A stretch of DNA of 64,000 nt from Octopus vulgaris (Eukaryota), in NCBI GenBank assembly GCA_951406725.2, contig OX597833.1, forward strand, positions 5,022,001-5,086,000, written 5' to 3'. Numbering within the stretch: the stretch's first letter is position 1; each line of letters starts with the position of its first letter. A model generated the notes under the pieces. The model did no database searches, was not told the origin of the DNA, and worked only from the letters and a program-made list of their open reading frames with translations. A program made the position numbers and the translations under genes. Below are positions 25,044-40,489 of the stretch, piece after piece.

Positions 25044-25777
25044 CTTTCATTGCGAATTGCTACAAATCGTTTCGTTTCTGTTTTAGGATAATAACAGTGA
25101 ATATAAAAAGGGACAGAATCTCGAATGCAGATTTTTTTCTCTATCAGATGAATACCAAGTAGGATATGAAGTGGTGGCTTAGTTCAAGTATTTCTTTTAA
25201 AATATAATACTTGCCTTTTAATATTTCTTATGATTCGCTGTTTAAATTCAATATGTATGCATATATGTAAGTATGAATGACGATGTGTGAATGTACGTAT
25301 ATATATAAATATATATATATGTGTGTGTGTACGTTATTGTGTACAAGACAGAATACTTATTAAAGTATTGCCGGCACGAGAAGAATATTCTCCTCCTTCA
25401 TCAACAGTTCGAGAATACCAATTCTCTTTCAAGAATTTCAGAAGGGGGCCGTCAGCAAAACATGGGCAATAAATATAAAGCGTATAAATCACTAGCATTG
25501 AGAAATTGATCGAATCATTTGGACAAGTCTCTTATAAAGAAACTTTATATTATTCATCACTAAAAACAAAACGAAAAGGAAAGGGTGAGCTGTACTCTAC
25601 CTGCCGACACATGAACAAATTCTTTCTTCAAATCACGAAAATAACAATTTATGTCTAATTAATATCATTCACTTGAAAGAATACTGATCACAGACTTCTC
25701 TTCTCAGTCTGAGGATAAATGCAGTCGAGTAAAAAGATCTTATTGAATGAAACTGTGGTTCGAATGACGTGCAATCA

Positions 25778-25839
<62 letters not shown>

Positions 25840-25849
25840 ATATGTGTGT

Positions 25850-25930
<81 letters not shown>

Positions 25931-26007
25931 TTGTGTGTGTATATATATATATGTATATATATATGTATATCTATATATATGTATATATTTATATGTATAT
26001 ATATATG

Positions 26008-26038
<31 letters not shown>

Positions 26039-26071
26039 GTATATGTATATATATGTATATATATATGTATA

Positions 26072-26125
<54 letters not shown>

Positions 26126-26131
<6 letters not shown>

Positions 26132-26243
26132 AAGGAGCTTCTACAGGACTAGAACTGTTTCATTCAAAAGAAATCATCAGGAAGCTTCCTGATGATTTCT
26201 TTTGAATGAAACAGTTCTAGTCCTGTAGAAGCTCCTTCTATAA
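26126..26243. ncRNA. 118-bp perfect palindrome carrying one hammerhead motif on each strand
   Basis: Centre AAG|CTT at 26184/26185; + strand AGCTTC-CTGATGA-TTTC(TTTT)GAAT-GAA-ACAG(TTCTAGTC)CTGT-A-GAAGCT at 26183-26233; mirror copy on the minus strand. Confidence 0.75.
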
Positions 26244-26315
26244 AATAAATTAATTTACTCTGCTATGTATTGAGTACCTTATTTACTGTGGTTAACCCCG
26301 ACTCAACCCGGGACC

Positions 26316-26392
<77 letters not shown>

Positions 26393-26464
26393 GTAAATGT
26401 AATATGCGACAATTATTCGGTAGCCATGATAAAACTCCGAGTTGTATATATATACATATATAAA

Positions 26465-26765
26465 GGTGTGGAGCAGAGTGAAAGCATCTGAAGAGGCCAG
26501 GATAACACAAGTAAGACTCAAAAGAGATCTAAGGGAAAATGGTACGATCGAGGAGGTGAATGACAATGACCTTTATGTGTGCACAGTCTGTGACAGAACA
26601 TGCCTTGTCTTTGGCTGGCCTCAAATCTCATCTGCGAACGCATGGAAAACGAACCTCCACCAACTATTCTGACTATATGTCTGTGCACACCTTTGAATGC
26701 AGTGGATGCCAGACAGTTTTCAAATCCAACGGAGGCCTCAAAAGACATGTTAATTATAATCATGT
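26465..26765 (+). mobile_element. RTE-type LINE C-terminal remnant with two C2H2 zinc fingers
   Basis: [13 protein letters not shown]...CTVCDRTCL/SLAGLKSHLRTH...CSGCQTVFKSNGGLKRHVNYNH, with a frameshift inside the first finger. Confidence 0.6.
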
Positions 26766-26950
26766 ACCGCCGACGAGTTCTCGCTCGTCGGCAGTGGCAT
26801 CGAGCGCGAGTCCGGTCTTATGGCGCAGAGAAAGACTGAGTAGTATGCGACGTTATCGACGAACACCACGATCCGTTCATGCGCCTCACCAATTAGGCGA
26901 CGATGCCGAGAACTCGCCACCGCTTCGACAACACACGGACACACACACGC

Positions 26951-26991
<41 letters not shown>

Positions 26992-27110
26992 TATACATAC
27001 ATATACATACGTATATTTATATATTTATATATGATTTTTGCTACGAAGGTATCGGTTAAACTTTTGATTAATCTGCTACAAGATTATTCATTTTTCTATT
27101 TCACATAATA

Positions 27111-27191
<81 letters not shown>

Positions 27192-27224
27192 TTATACACG
27201 CACGCTTATGTATAGATATATATA

Positions 27225-27366
<142 letters not shown>

Positions 27367-28338
27367 GTGTGTGTGTGTGTGTATATATATATATAATATA
27401 TATATACATGTGTATGTGTGTGCATATATATATATATATTTATATACACCTACTTAAATGCATGCATGCAGTCATATTTACACAGATACACACACAAACA
27501 TATTCAGACACACATTACACGACAGCGAGTCGCTAAATCATTCGTAACGCGGTTTTGTGTTTCTCTTATTGGCGGGAAAATTATTTGCCCGTGGGTCACT
27601 AAATGTTGTCCGGCACCAATCAAGGCTCTATATATTTGAAACTTTTTCTGAATCTTCCAAAAAAATGAGCAGCTTTCAGGGTTTGATTTTGGTTTTGTGT
27701 ACTAAATGAAGCGCCAAAAATCCATGGAAGGCTTTCAGAATTGCTCGGGGAACTGTATGTTGCCGTTTATGGTATGAAAAAGTGAAGAAAGCTGTGGATT
27801 CGTGAGTTATCTGTCAGCCGAAGACATTATTTTTCTGATATCTTAGGGAGAAGCTTTTGGCCAGTTGAGCGATTTTTTTGATTAAAACATTAGGGGACTA
27901 TGTTGAAAAATAATCTATGTATAAAAACATAGTATTGTAATAAGTTTAATCAATGTTACAAAAGTAAAACTAATTAATGCCAAACAATAAACCAGAAAAA
28001 ACGGGTCACTGAACACTGTTATTCTTTTAGAGCAATCAGAAATCAGAACAACTGCAGTGAATGAAATTCAAGAACGACAACTCAACCGAGGTTTCAGGTT
28101 CAAACCTCACCGAAGTGAGTTGAGAGTTACCAACCTAGTGACGCTGGTTCATCTAATGGTCCCTCGAACAGGGAAAGCTGTAAATTAATAGAAGATAATT
28201 ACTGACTTGCAATTGTAGGTATAGATGCTTGTGTCTACTTATGAATGCACTGTGAATACTTTTTTGCATCGATAATATTTGTGTTTTCTTTTGAAGAAAG
28301 ACATGTTACTTCTCCAGTTCTGTACAAAAGTGAAATGA

Positions 28339-28416
<78 letters not shown>

Positions 28417-28417
<1 letters not shown>

Positions 28418-28517
28418 TCGGGGTCGATAAATTAAGTACCAGTCGATGTAATCGACTTATTCCCTTTGTCTGTCCTCGTTTGTCCCCTCTGTGTTTAGTC
28501 CCTTGTGGGCAATAAAG

Positions 28518-28520
<3 letters not shown>
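28417..28520 (+). mobile_element. SINE family C fragment between (TTA)n tracts
   Basis: TTCGGGGTCGATAAATTAAGTACCAG...AGTCCCTTGTGGGCAATAAAGAA. Confidence 0.55.
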
Positions 28521-28613
<93 letters not shown>

Positions 28614-29130
28614 CACTCAACAGATTAGACTGTTCGAAAAGAAAAATTCCTAACATAGGGCTACACCAAGTAACCTTAGATGCCAAGAATCCTCCTACGT
28701 ATCCTAGCTGTCCCTAATAATACTGTTTTCTGTAGCTGTACTAAACTGGGTTTTATGCCTATTCCCTCTATCCATCTGTTCAGATCTTTAGGGATAGTTC
28801 CCAATGCACCTTTAACTACTGGGATACATTTTACCCGCACTTTCCATAGTCTCTGTAATTCAATAGCTAGGACCAGAACGTTTGGTCTTGTTTGTTCTGA
28901 TAGAATCAGTCAGAGCAGACAGCAGCCTGCTGTCAGAGATCTCACAGGGCCTCCTTCCGCACATTATAAGCTTTGATACTTGGTTGTTAATTATCATGGA
29001 GGACGTTCAACATCCAAGTGCCAATCTCAAAATCCTAGCTGTCCCCAGCAGAGCGGTTTGTTGGGGTTTGCTCTACTTTCATGCCAATTCCGACTTCTCT
29101 GACATATTTCTCGAACTTGATTGTTAGTGC
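28614..29130 (-). mobile_element. Two stacked R4/Dong-type LINE 3' remnants
   Basis: Minus strand LAIELQRLWKVRVKCIPVVKGALGTIP...LQKTVLLGTARIRRRILGI* and a second ...LLGTARILRLAL; ends in (AAT)n. Confidence 0.7.
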
Positions 29131-29314
29131 TCTATCATCATCATCATCATCATCATCGTCATCGTCATCGTCGTCGTCGTCATCGTCGTTGTCATCATCA
29201 TCATCATCACCACCAGCACCACCATCACCAGCACCACCATCATCATCACCATCATCACCACCACCATCATCATTATTATTATTATTGAGTGAGAGAGTAG
29301 TGCATGCCATCAAA

Positions 29315-29404
<90 letters not shown>

Positions 29405-29836
29405 CATTATTATTATTAGTAGTAGTAGTAGTATGTCACTTTCAAGGTGTGCAAGTGTTGTACTTAAGCGAAAAGTAAAACAAGAAAAGCCACACTTTGC
29501 CTCTATGTCCAAGCCTTGTTGTTAAAAAAAATTAAAAATTACGAGCCGTGTCAAATATGGCGAATGTGCAGATGTTTCCACTGTGAAAAATAATTGTTTC
29601 CTATCGAAAACTCGTGCTAAGAAATCTCTTGCGTTACAATCAATATGTCGTAATAACGACTGAGCTTTTTGCTGGTGAAGAAGGAATGAAACTGATGTAA
29701 TATGGCGTCGGAGTCAGTAAAAGAGAGACGGAAGATTCTAGAATCTAGAAAAGATGGGGGAAAACTGAAAAAGAGACTGAACATACGTATATATGTATAT
29801 GTATATATATATGTATATGTATATATATATGTATAA

Positions 29837-29888
<52 letters not shown>

Positions 29889-30082
29889 GCATAATATATA
29901 TGCACTTATAAATGCATATACAAATTAAATATTGGTGCATGTAAAATCTTTGTAAGTGTATACAGAATACATTTTGTATGCATATATACATGTGTACATA
30001 CACATAGACACTTATATGTGTGCATACACTCACATGCACACACACACACATGCACACACGCACATATGCAAACACACAAATT

Positions 30083-30148
<66 letters not shown>

Positions 30149-30214
30149 TGTATGTGTACATATATATGTGTATGTATATATATGTATATATACATGTATA
30201 TGTATGTATATCTA

Positions 30215-30277
<63 letters not shown>

Positions 30278-30422
30278 ATATATATATATATATATATATG
30301 CATGTACATATAAATATGGGACGTACAAATGATTATATGCATATATATTTGTATATATATATACATATACATATGTATATACATGTACACAGACACACAA
30401 ATATATATATTATATGTATATA

Positions 30423-30461
<39 letters not shown>

Positions 30462-30841
30462 TACACATATATACAAATACATTTTTATACAAGTGCTTAC
30501 ACGTGTGCAAGCGCACTCACAACCATTTGCATATGCACGCATACACACATACATATATAAATACACATACAGAAATGCACAAATATATGAGACATCCATC
30601 CACCATTTTTTTTTTATTCCGTGGTTGGTTAAATAGCAAAACAGAAAATTTCTAGAAGGATCACTAAACCAGAACTTCGGCCCTTAACACTTGGCACTGA
30701 ATCGGGTTTTCTTTGGACACAAAATTCTCGATTATGACCCAGGGGTTTTTGGATTGTTTGAACGGTTTTTTGAAATCAAGTTTCAATTTATTCATTATAA
30801 TTATGATTCTTATGGTTATGATGATTATTATAATTTTTGAG

Positions 30842-30883
<42 letters not shown>

Positions 30884-31223
30884 AATTTTTTAAATACACT
30901 CACCTCGTTTGTTTGTCTTTTTAATTTCATTGGATGTATGTATATACTTCCAAGTATGCATGTATGTTTACGTGTCTGTGTGTGCGTGTATATATATATA
31001 TATATGTATATATATATAGCAACAATTTAGATTCAAATGAATGTGGTACTTAATTTAGATGCACCAGAATTTTGTATGGTGTTACCCATAAAAATATGCT
31101 GGGTGATTATAATAAATAAATAAGCAGCAAGAATGAATCCGGTAATTTAGTACAATTGTTTCCTACTACAACATTTTATTAAAAGCTGTAAATATTACAG
31201 CAGATTTATATATATATATATAT

Positions 31224-31978
31224 CAGAGGCGACTCAAGGTCATCAGCGTCACTCGGGCTTGTCGCTGATTGTACAGATTTCACGTTTACCTGCAATATTT
31301 CTAGCCCCAAATGGCTTTTATTTTGTATCCTTGTCTTTCTCCATTTCTAAGTTAAGGGCAAAAATAAAGCAGTCCTGAAAAACACAACTGATCTTCACAC
31401 ACACGCACAGAATAACAGCAATCAAATAACGACAGCAGAGTGCACAACAAACACCAGCGATCTGACTGTCGCCTGTATTCTTGACAAGAGATACCAGTTA
31501 GTCTTTTACACCTACCATGCTCGTTTGTATTAACCCGAGTTGCTGGATAATTTAAGAATATTGTAGAACAGAAATTTTTTATAGATTTGAACTTAAATCC
31601 TAATCTCTATAGAAATTTCTGTTTTCAAGAAAACATTGAATTTGAATTACTTTTAATTTTTGCGATTATAGAATACAACTCAGGCTGTAACTTCTGAGCC
31701 TGAGTCAGGCACGTACGAACGATGTCGAGAGAATGTCTGCTACGAATGATACGTTTTGGCACAGGGCTCCTCTAAGACGACCGCCAGACACTGAACGAAA
31801 ATCATGAACTGCGACCAGGCTCAATAAAAGGAGCTCTAGTTATTGACTGCAATTACATAACTTACCTGCTTGAAGTCTGTGTTGATAGAAATTAAACCAG
31901 CTTGAAAAATACACGTTCACTTTATTAAATCTATACTCGGGCTAAGCCCGAAGAGCTTGAGTGCTGGAGTTGCCACCG
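31224..31978. mobile_element. Possible non-autonomous DNA transposon (hAT-like)
   Basis: Imperfect TIRs CAGAGGCGACTC / GAGTTGCCACCG between ATATATAT flanks. Confidence 0.35.
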
Positions 31979-32654
31979 ATATATATATGGCACGTACAGC
32001 AATCTATTCAACCAGCACACCGTAAAGCTATCATATTCAAACACATCAAATACAGACCACTGCATTCATAGGATTAATAATAGAAAGCTAAGCCAACGCG
32101 CAGACTACACTGAAAAGAACCCCTCAAAAATGGACCGTGACACATTTAACAACCCTAGGGGCAATGCAAATACCATCTACATAACGCATCAGAAACAACG
32201 TGTATATATATATATATATATATACACACGTATATTTTCGCCCTAAATGTGTTCTCTGCGGAATTCGTCATTGTTACAGTCCCTATTTTTCTATTACACT
32301 AGAGTCAAAAGTACTCACCAAAATACTCTTGCCATTAGGAGTACCGACTGATACACTTCATACCGTAAGATCAAGCAGCATAGATCAACAATGGAGCGCC
32401 TGTGTCAGTCATGGGGAAAACTGCGACACACAACACTTTCTGAATAGCATGCAGAACGAAAAATTACCTTGAATGGTTTTTTATTTGAGCGGTTCGCCTG
32501 ATAATGAGCCCTGCCTCATGCGACAAGAGTCTTGAAAAGAGGATACTCATGCTGGCTCTTTGTGGTCTCTTGACGTATTAGAAATAGAAACCAAAACTTC
32601 CCAAAATCACATGTTATAACCTTTAAAAGGGTCACCTTAAATAAAAAAAATAAA

Positions 32655-32901
32655 AGCGCCCTTTTAAAGTCTAGCCAGGCTCATGGGCCCGGTTTCCCGG
32701 TTTCTATGGCTTATGTATTCCCCAGCTGGACGGAACGTCAGTCCATCGCATCATTACTCATTTTTGCGAGCTGAGTGGCTGGAGCAACGTGAAATGAAGT
32801 GTTTTGCTCAAGAACACAACGCGTCGCCCGGTCCAGGAATCGAAACCACAAACTTACGATCATGATGCTGACACCCTAACCACTAAGCCACGCGCCCCCA
32901 C
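32655..32901 (-). mobile_element. SINE with a family B-related head and a third type of tail
   Basis: GTGGGGCGCGTGGCTTAGTGGTTAGG...GGTTTCGATTCCTGGACCGGGCG on the minus strand. Confidence 0.65.
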
Positions 32902-33319
32902 ACGTCACCTTAAAGAATGAAGTCCTAAATAGTCTGAGAGAAAAGGGGAAATAGCCGCCTAGCTGGAAAGACATTGATCATAGCTGTACTGGGTCAAGGC
33001 TAACCAAGGGTTAATCAAAAACAAGGTAGTTTGTGAGTCACTGTGTTGTTACTCAGCCTGTAAGACATAGCAGCTAAATTCCCTTGAAATAGTAATCTAC
33101 TGACCTAATAAAGAATGATGTTAATATTGTATAAGGAAGGCTGTATCTGGAATTAAGTCCGTGTGTTCAAGGCTGAATAATTTTGATTATGGGTCGAGTT
33201 GGTGCAGACCAATTTGGGACGAATTAGCAAAAGGAAGAAAACAAAAAGAAGGCAAAACAATAACAAAAACAGTATAAAAAACAGCAATAAAACGAGGACG
33301 GCGACGCCAACGACGAAGA

Positions 33320-33800
33320 CCACCACCACCACCACCACCACCACAACCACCACCACCACAACCACCACCACCAATCACCACCATCACCACCACCGCTATC
33401 ACCACTACAACCACCACCACCACCACCACCACCACTACCACCACCACTACCACCACCACCACCACCACCACCACTGCCACCACCACCACCACCATAGCCA
33501 CCATAGCCACCACCACCATCACCCCCACCAACACCACCATCACTACCACCACCACCATCACCACCAATACCACCTTCACCATCACCACCACCACCATCAT
33601 CATCACCAATACCACCACTGCCACCACCATCATCAACACTACCATCACCGCCTCCACCAACACCACCACCACCACCACCACCACCATAGCCACCACCACC
33701 ATCACCCCCACCAACACCACCATCACCACCACCACCGCCACCCCCCACCAACACCACCACCACCACCACCACCAACACTACCCACAACAACAACTACTTC
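33320..33800. repeat. Compound (CAC)n microsatellite
   Basis: Seen directly; explains the poly-H/T/P and poly-V/G ORFs. Confidence 0.95.
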
Positions 33801-33839
33801 TACACCAATACAGCAGCAACCACAGACCACGATCAGAGA

Positions 33840-34162
33840 AGGCGTGTGAATTAGTGATTAAGGCATTCGGATGACGATCGTAAGGTTGTGAGTTCGATTC
33901 GTGGTGACGCTTTGTGATCTCGAGCAAGGCACATTATATTACTCGTTGCTCTTGTCCATTCATTTGGCAAAACTGAGTTGTGTCTGTAGTTCAAAGGGGG
34001 CCGGCCTTGTCACATTCTGTGCCACGCTGAATCCTCCTTGAGGACTGCAATAAGGGTCCGTGTGTCTGTGGAGTGCTCAGCCACTTGCACGTTGATTTCA
34101 CGAGCAGGCTGCTCTGTTTAATCGGATCTACAGGAACAACTCGTCGTCGTAACCGACGGAGG
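33840..34162 (+). mobile_element. Degenerate SINE with a family B tail
   Basis: GCCTTGTCAC...GTGGAGTGCTCAGCCACTTGCACG...CGTCGTCGTAACCGACGGAG. Confidence 0.6.
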
Positions 34163-35902
34163 GCCAGGACAGTCACAACCCTCCACCCACCACTATCCTT
34201 TATCACTACTACCACCGCTAGCTCTACTACCACCACCACCACCACCACCACCACCACCACCACCACCAACACCAACACCAACACCACCATCTTCACTATC
34301 ACTAACCCCCCACCACCACCAACACCACCACCACCAACACCAACACCACCATCTTCACTATCACTACTCAAACCACCACTACTAACATCAACACTATCCA
34401 CCCCCACTCTTAAGAGAGAAAAAGAACGTGGGAGACAGAGAAGAGGAGAGGGAGGTGGTGAGAGACAGAGAAAGAGAAAGGCAGAGAGAGAGTAAGTGAG
34501 GTGCGTTGAAAAATAAAGGTGCTGGAGGAGGAAAGTGTGAGGGGGTAAGAAATGGACGGTCTGTTGAGTAAAAATAAGAAGCAGACACAGTAAAGACGGT
34601 AGGTTAATGAAGTGATGTTAGTGATGTTTTAGGGGGAGTGGGTGGAGTAGAAGAAGTGAACAAAAGAAAAGAAAGGGAAGAGAGAGGGGGGAGGGAGGGA
34701 GTGTAACATTTAGAATAAGAGGAAGAGTAGAAAAAAAGGAAAAGTGCAGTGAAGCGTGTCTTGGCGGCGTAGTGTACTCTTACAGGTAAAAAATGCTTAT
34801 GAGATGTTCGTGATTTCAGTTTGTAGACAGGGTGCTGTTATGTAATTTTCTTTGAGCAAATCACTTCATCTCGCGTTGCTCTGTAATCTCTTCGACACCT
34901 GACGCGTGGCACACCGTGACGCACCGTGGCACCTGTTCAGATAACGTCGATTTAATGGAGAGAAGTGAGCTAGTGTGCGGGATATTAACATGAGAAATGC
35001 AAGATAGACAATACAGTAAAGAGAGGGCGATTCTTTATGTTGTTGTCACAGATTATGAAATTTTGAAATTTTGAAATTTAGTGTAATTTTTCAAAATTTG
35101 GTTTATTGGTGTACTTTCTCACGCTGAATATTAGTTTTTGATTCAGTTATTCCAGAAAAAAACTTTAGAAAAATGTTACAAAGGTTTAAAGTTTGTTCAT
35201 TTTCACGCAATTAGAAGACAGTATTTGCTAGCTAAGCATTTTGAGCGTGGTAAGCTGTGTTTTACAAAATGTAAACATCAAAAGACGAGGCTTTAAACAA
35301 AATGAAAGCCGTACGTGAGAATTAATATAAATACAGAGAGAGTGAGTTTCAAAGTGTATGGTAAATATTTAAAAAGGGGTAGATTAATTGCGATAGTTAA
35401 GGAGTGGGAAATTTGACGATCTAAAAGTTGAGTTATTTCTCGTAGAAAATTATATTTTTTATTATTATTTAGAAACGACATTGTATTTGGGACGCAGATT
35501 TCAAAAACCAAATTAATTTTTCTCGAGAATGCACCGTTTCAGAGTGTTTTGGGGCTAAACACACATAGATAAACCCATACACTCGCATTTATGTAATAGA
35601 TATATTGTCTAGTACATACAGAATAGCTTTAGTATAGGATAGAAATAGGGACCTGCAAAGAAATAGCAAGTCTGGTTAGTTTCCAAATTGGCGGAATAAT
35701 TCACAAAGACTTCAAATTCAGAGATAAACAATAACTATTTCAACAAGGAACATTTATACAGCAATGATACTAAGGTATATAACCTGACCACTAATCACCA
35801 TATTATGAGTTTAGAAGTAAAATAAGTGCTCAGACAACAATTTTAAGTCTAAATTAATGTATGTGAGAATGTATTTGTGCGGATGAGTGTCTATGGATGT
35901 AC

Positions 35903-35997
<95 letters not shown>

Positions 35998-36189
35998 ATG
36001 GAATAATTACTATGAACCATTGTGTAGAATATCTTGTGTAAAGGATCATGGGTAAGGTCAAAACATTGCGAAGTAAATGTAAGGTAAATCACAAGAAAGC
36101 AATTATGTGAATTAATGTAGACTTACCTTGTATTCAATATTTCGGGGTTATGACCCCATTTTCAAGATCTCGAAATTGAAGTATTCAAA

Positions 36190-36365
36190 ATGTTGAGCAT
36201 GACGGTGAAAACAATACCAGAAATAATTGGAACATTGGGCATGATAAAAAAAAACATGTGAACAAAAGCTTAAAAGCTATACCTGGATTCTCAACACCAC
36301 ACACTATCCAAGACGTAGCCCTGCTAGGAACAGTCCACTTCCTACGCAAGATACTATCAGTTTAA
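36190..36365 (+). mobile_element. R4/Dong-type LINE 3' remnant
   Basis: VKTIPEIIGTLGMI...IQDVALLGTVHFLRKILSV*. Confidence 0.55.
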
Positions 36366-36705
36366 TAAAGCAACATAAAATAAAACCACCCACAAAGACA
36401 CACTGTGTATATAGAAAATATCCAATGAAATAAACTACCACCAGCAGGCTGGGATTTGCACAAAACAACATACGATACAAACACTAATACAACAAAAAAC
36501 TGCCCAAGCCCCATGGCAGAAGAAATTGACACAATACAACACAGGGAAGAGTTTGTACACTCGTAACAACAGAAAGGACACACAGTTCTACACCCCCTCC
36601 CCAACAACATGGAGTTGCAGCAGATGATGCAGTAGCAATTAGTCCGAAACTACCAAATATTGAACAATGATGATGATGATGATGATGATGATGATAATAA
36701 TAATA

Positions 36706-36737
<32 letters not shown>

Positions 36738-36930
36738 AACAACAACAACAACAGCAACAACAACAATAATAATAATATTAATGATAATCCTTTCTACTGG
36801 AAGCACAAATCCTCGAATTTGTGGGGAGGGGGCTAATCGATTACATCGACTCCGGTGTTTCACTGGTACTTCATTTATCGACCTCGAAAGGATGAAAGGC
36901 AAAGTAGAACTCGGCGGAATTTAAATGTAT

Positions 36931-37010
<80 letters not shown>

Positions 37011-37012
<2 letters not shown>

Positions 37013-37325
37013 TCAGCTACCTAACTCAGATATCAGGAAACCCCAAAATGGCAGAAATTCAAAAGATAGTGCTCATGGGAATTGCTCATATCCTACGCAA
37101 AATATATTCTATGTAATCTCAAGTTTTAAAACAAACATAATTTTCGTATGTTTTGTTAAAATTTTATTTTTTTATTTTTTAGACATTCACTAGTACAACG
37201 CTAAAGACCCCCAAATATATGGCACATTAGGCATAACAACAACATGAACTTCCAACCTGTTGTCTCTTGAGGTCTCTGGGTGAGACTTGGAGCCAACTTG
37301 TACAAATGTAAAGCAAAAGTCAAAC

Positions 37326-37326
<1 letters not shown>
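37011..37326 (+). mobile_element. R4/Dong-type LINE 3' end flanked by (AAT)n on both sides
   Basis: YLTQISGNPKMAEIQKIVLMGIAHILRKI...* plus 3' UTR. Confidence 0.65.
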
Positions 37327-37409
<83 letters not shown>

Positions 37410-37410
37410 T

Positions 37411-37976
<566 letters not shown>

Positions 37977-38561
37977 GTAAAAATAAAATTAATAATAATG
38001 ATAACAAGAGCCAAGTCCTATGATCAAACCGCTGACTAATCGAGGTTATCATCTCAGGGTTAAACAAAAAACGTCCCTATGCCTTTAAACCAGAGATCAA
38101 TACCGAAAACTGGTATGTGGGTTCCCTATCCTTTCTAGGTCACCTATTTTTGATGCGCATATTTGGTTCCTCATATTTCCGTTTACTTTTGACAGCAAAA
38201 TACTACAATTCTCACACGCCCACCCAAAACCCCATTCCCACCCCATCACCCTAATGCCATAATGGATGGACTGACGCAGCCACGTTCTTCCACTTCTCAA
38301 CTCTGTCTGACATTCTGTTTATTTCTGTTGTAGAAACAAGAGCAAGTTTACCAACTGGTTCAACGGCTCGTCCAGACCGTAGTGAAAAACCGTGGGGAGT
38401 GGTGTTTATAGAGAGAAGCAGTTTGAGGCCGCGATGTGTTACAATAGCTAAGATAGATGGAGGGTAATATGTGATTATAAATTATTGCTTATGTAAATAT
38501 ATATACGTGTGTATGTGTATGTGTATGCATATGTTTTTACGTATAAATATATTTTTGTATG

Positions 38562-38628
<67 letters not shown>

Positions 38629-38629
38629 G

Positions 38630-38704
<75 letters not shown>

Positions 38705-38705
38705 G

Positions 38706-38758
<53 letters not shown>

Positions 38759-39056
38759 ATATCCAGCATGGCCGCAGTCAAATGACTGAAACAAGTAAAA
38801 GAATAAAAGAATATATATTTACACACACACACACACAAATACACACACAAATATACACATTATTGTCTTGTAGTGAAAGGCATTCTCTTTTAGAGCTTTA
38901 TTTCTTAACACACTCACTGGTTCGTTTTCCACTCATTTACATTTATTTTTTCTAAAATTTTCATTGTGTCTTGTAACGATTTCCATAATCGTCGATTCTG
39001 TCCGCTATCAGACAAAGTCAATGCTTCAACACACCAATTCACGAATTGCAAACCAG

Positions 39057-39095
<39 letters not shown>

Positions 39096-39108
39096 GATAG
39101 ATAGATAG

Positions 39109-39141
<33 letters not shown>

Positions 39142-39160
39142 TAAATAAGACAAACACTAT

Positions 39161-39202
<42 letters not shown>

Positions 39203-39287
39203 TAATTATATTTTTAAATAATTGTTACATATTTATAGATAGATAGATAGATAGATAATCCTAAATCTGATTTTTCCTGTATAGATA

Positions 39288-39374
<87 letters not shown>

Positions 39375-39478
39375 TTAGATTCAGATGAATATGGTACTTA
39401 AGTTGAGGCACCAGAATTTAGTACGGTATTATCCATGCAATTTCAAAGTAAGGTGATTAAAATTAAAATAAGCAACAA

Positions 39479-39542
<64 letters not shown>

Positions 39543-39544
39543 TC

Positions 39545-39715
39545 TTCTACTTGGATTTGACTGCAGCCATGTTGGGTCACCGCCTTTAGTCGAACAAATC
39601 GATCCCAGGACTTATTGTTCGTAAGCCTAGTATTTATTCTATCGGTCTCTCTGGCCGAGCCGCTATGTTACGGGGACGTAATCACAACATCGGTTGTCAA
39701 GAAATGGTGGGGGAA

Positions 39716-39764
<49 letters not shown>

Positions 39765-40288
39765 ACACACACACACACGCACACACACACACAAATCCGC
39801 TCAGAAGGTTTTGGTCAAGGTAGCACGCCGGGCGAAATGCGTAGCCGTATTTCGTCTGCCGTTACGTTGTGAGTTCAAATTCCGCCGAGGTCGACTTTGC
39901 CTTTCATCCTTTCGGGGTCGATAAATTAAATACCAGTTACGTACTGGGGTCGATGAAATCGACCTAATCCGTTTGTCTGTCCTTGTTTGTCCTCTCTGTG
40001 TTTAGCCCCTTGTGAGTAGTAAAGAAATAGGTATTTCGTCTGCCGTTACGTTCTGAGTTCAAATTCCGCCGAGGTCTACTTTGCCTTTCATCCTTTCGGG
40101 GTCGATTAAATAAGTACCAGTTACGCACTGGGGTCGATGAAATCGACTTAATCCGTTTGTCTGTCCTTGTTTGTCCTCTCTGTGTTTAGCCCCTTGTGGG
40201 TAATAAAGAAACAGGTATAGTAGAAAACACTTGCGCAAGGTGCCACGCAGTGGGACTGAACCTGGAACCACACAGCCACTCCTGCGCC
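39545..40288. mobile_element. Fragmented SINE family A (minus strand) interrupted by tandem SINE family C units (39820-40215, plus strand)
   Basis: Family A tail at 39545-39720 and head at 40215-40288 flank two repeated family C cores. Confidence 0.7.
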
Positions 40289-40353
40289 TTACTCGTTCTA
40301 GTCAATAGTAATGTGTATCGACATTCACTCCTATCTTCATTCATTCATTCATA

Positions 40354-40389
<36 letters not shown>

Positions 40390-40410
40390 TTAACTACTAC
40401 TATACTCATA

Positions 40411-40450
<40 letters not shown>

Positions 40451-40489
40451 TACGTGTCCATGTGTGCGCGCACATGTGACCGAGTCAAT

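Noticed and set aside
26560-27108. Apparent C2H2 zinc-finger gene
   Set aside because: Frameshift within the first finger, RTE-LINE-like upstream context and no splice sites; treated as a retroelement remnant
33153-34495. His-, Thr-, Gly- and Val-rich ORFs
   Set aside because: Translation of (CAC)n; no splice signals or unique domain
36132-36170. Minus-strand TTGAAAA-T-GGGG(TCATAA)CCCC-GAAATAT-T hammerhead-like fold
   Set aside because: Stem I has only about 2 bp; too weak to call
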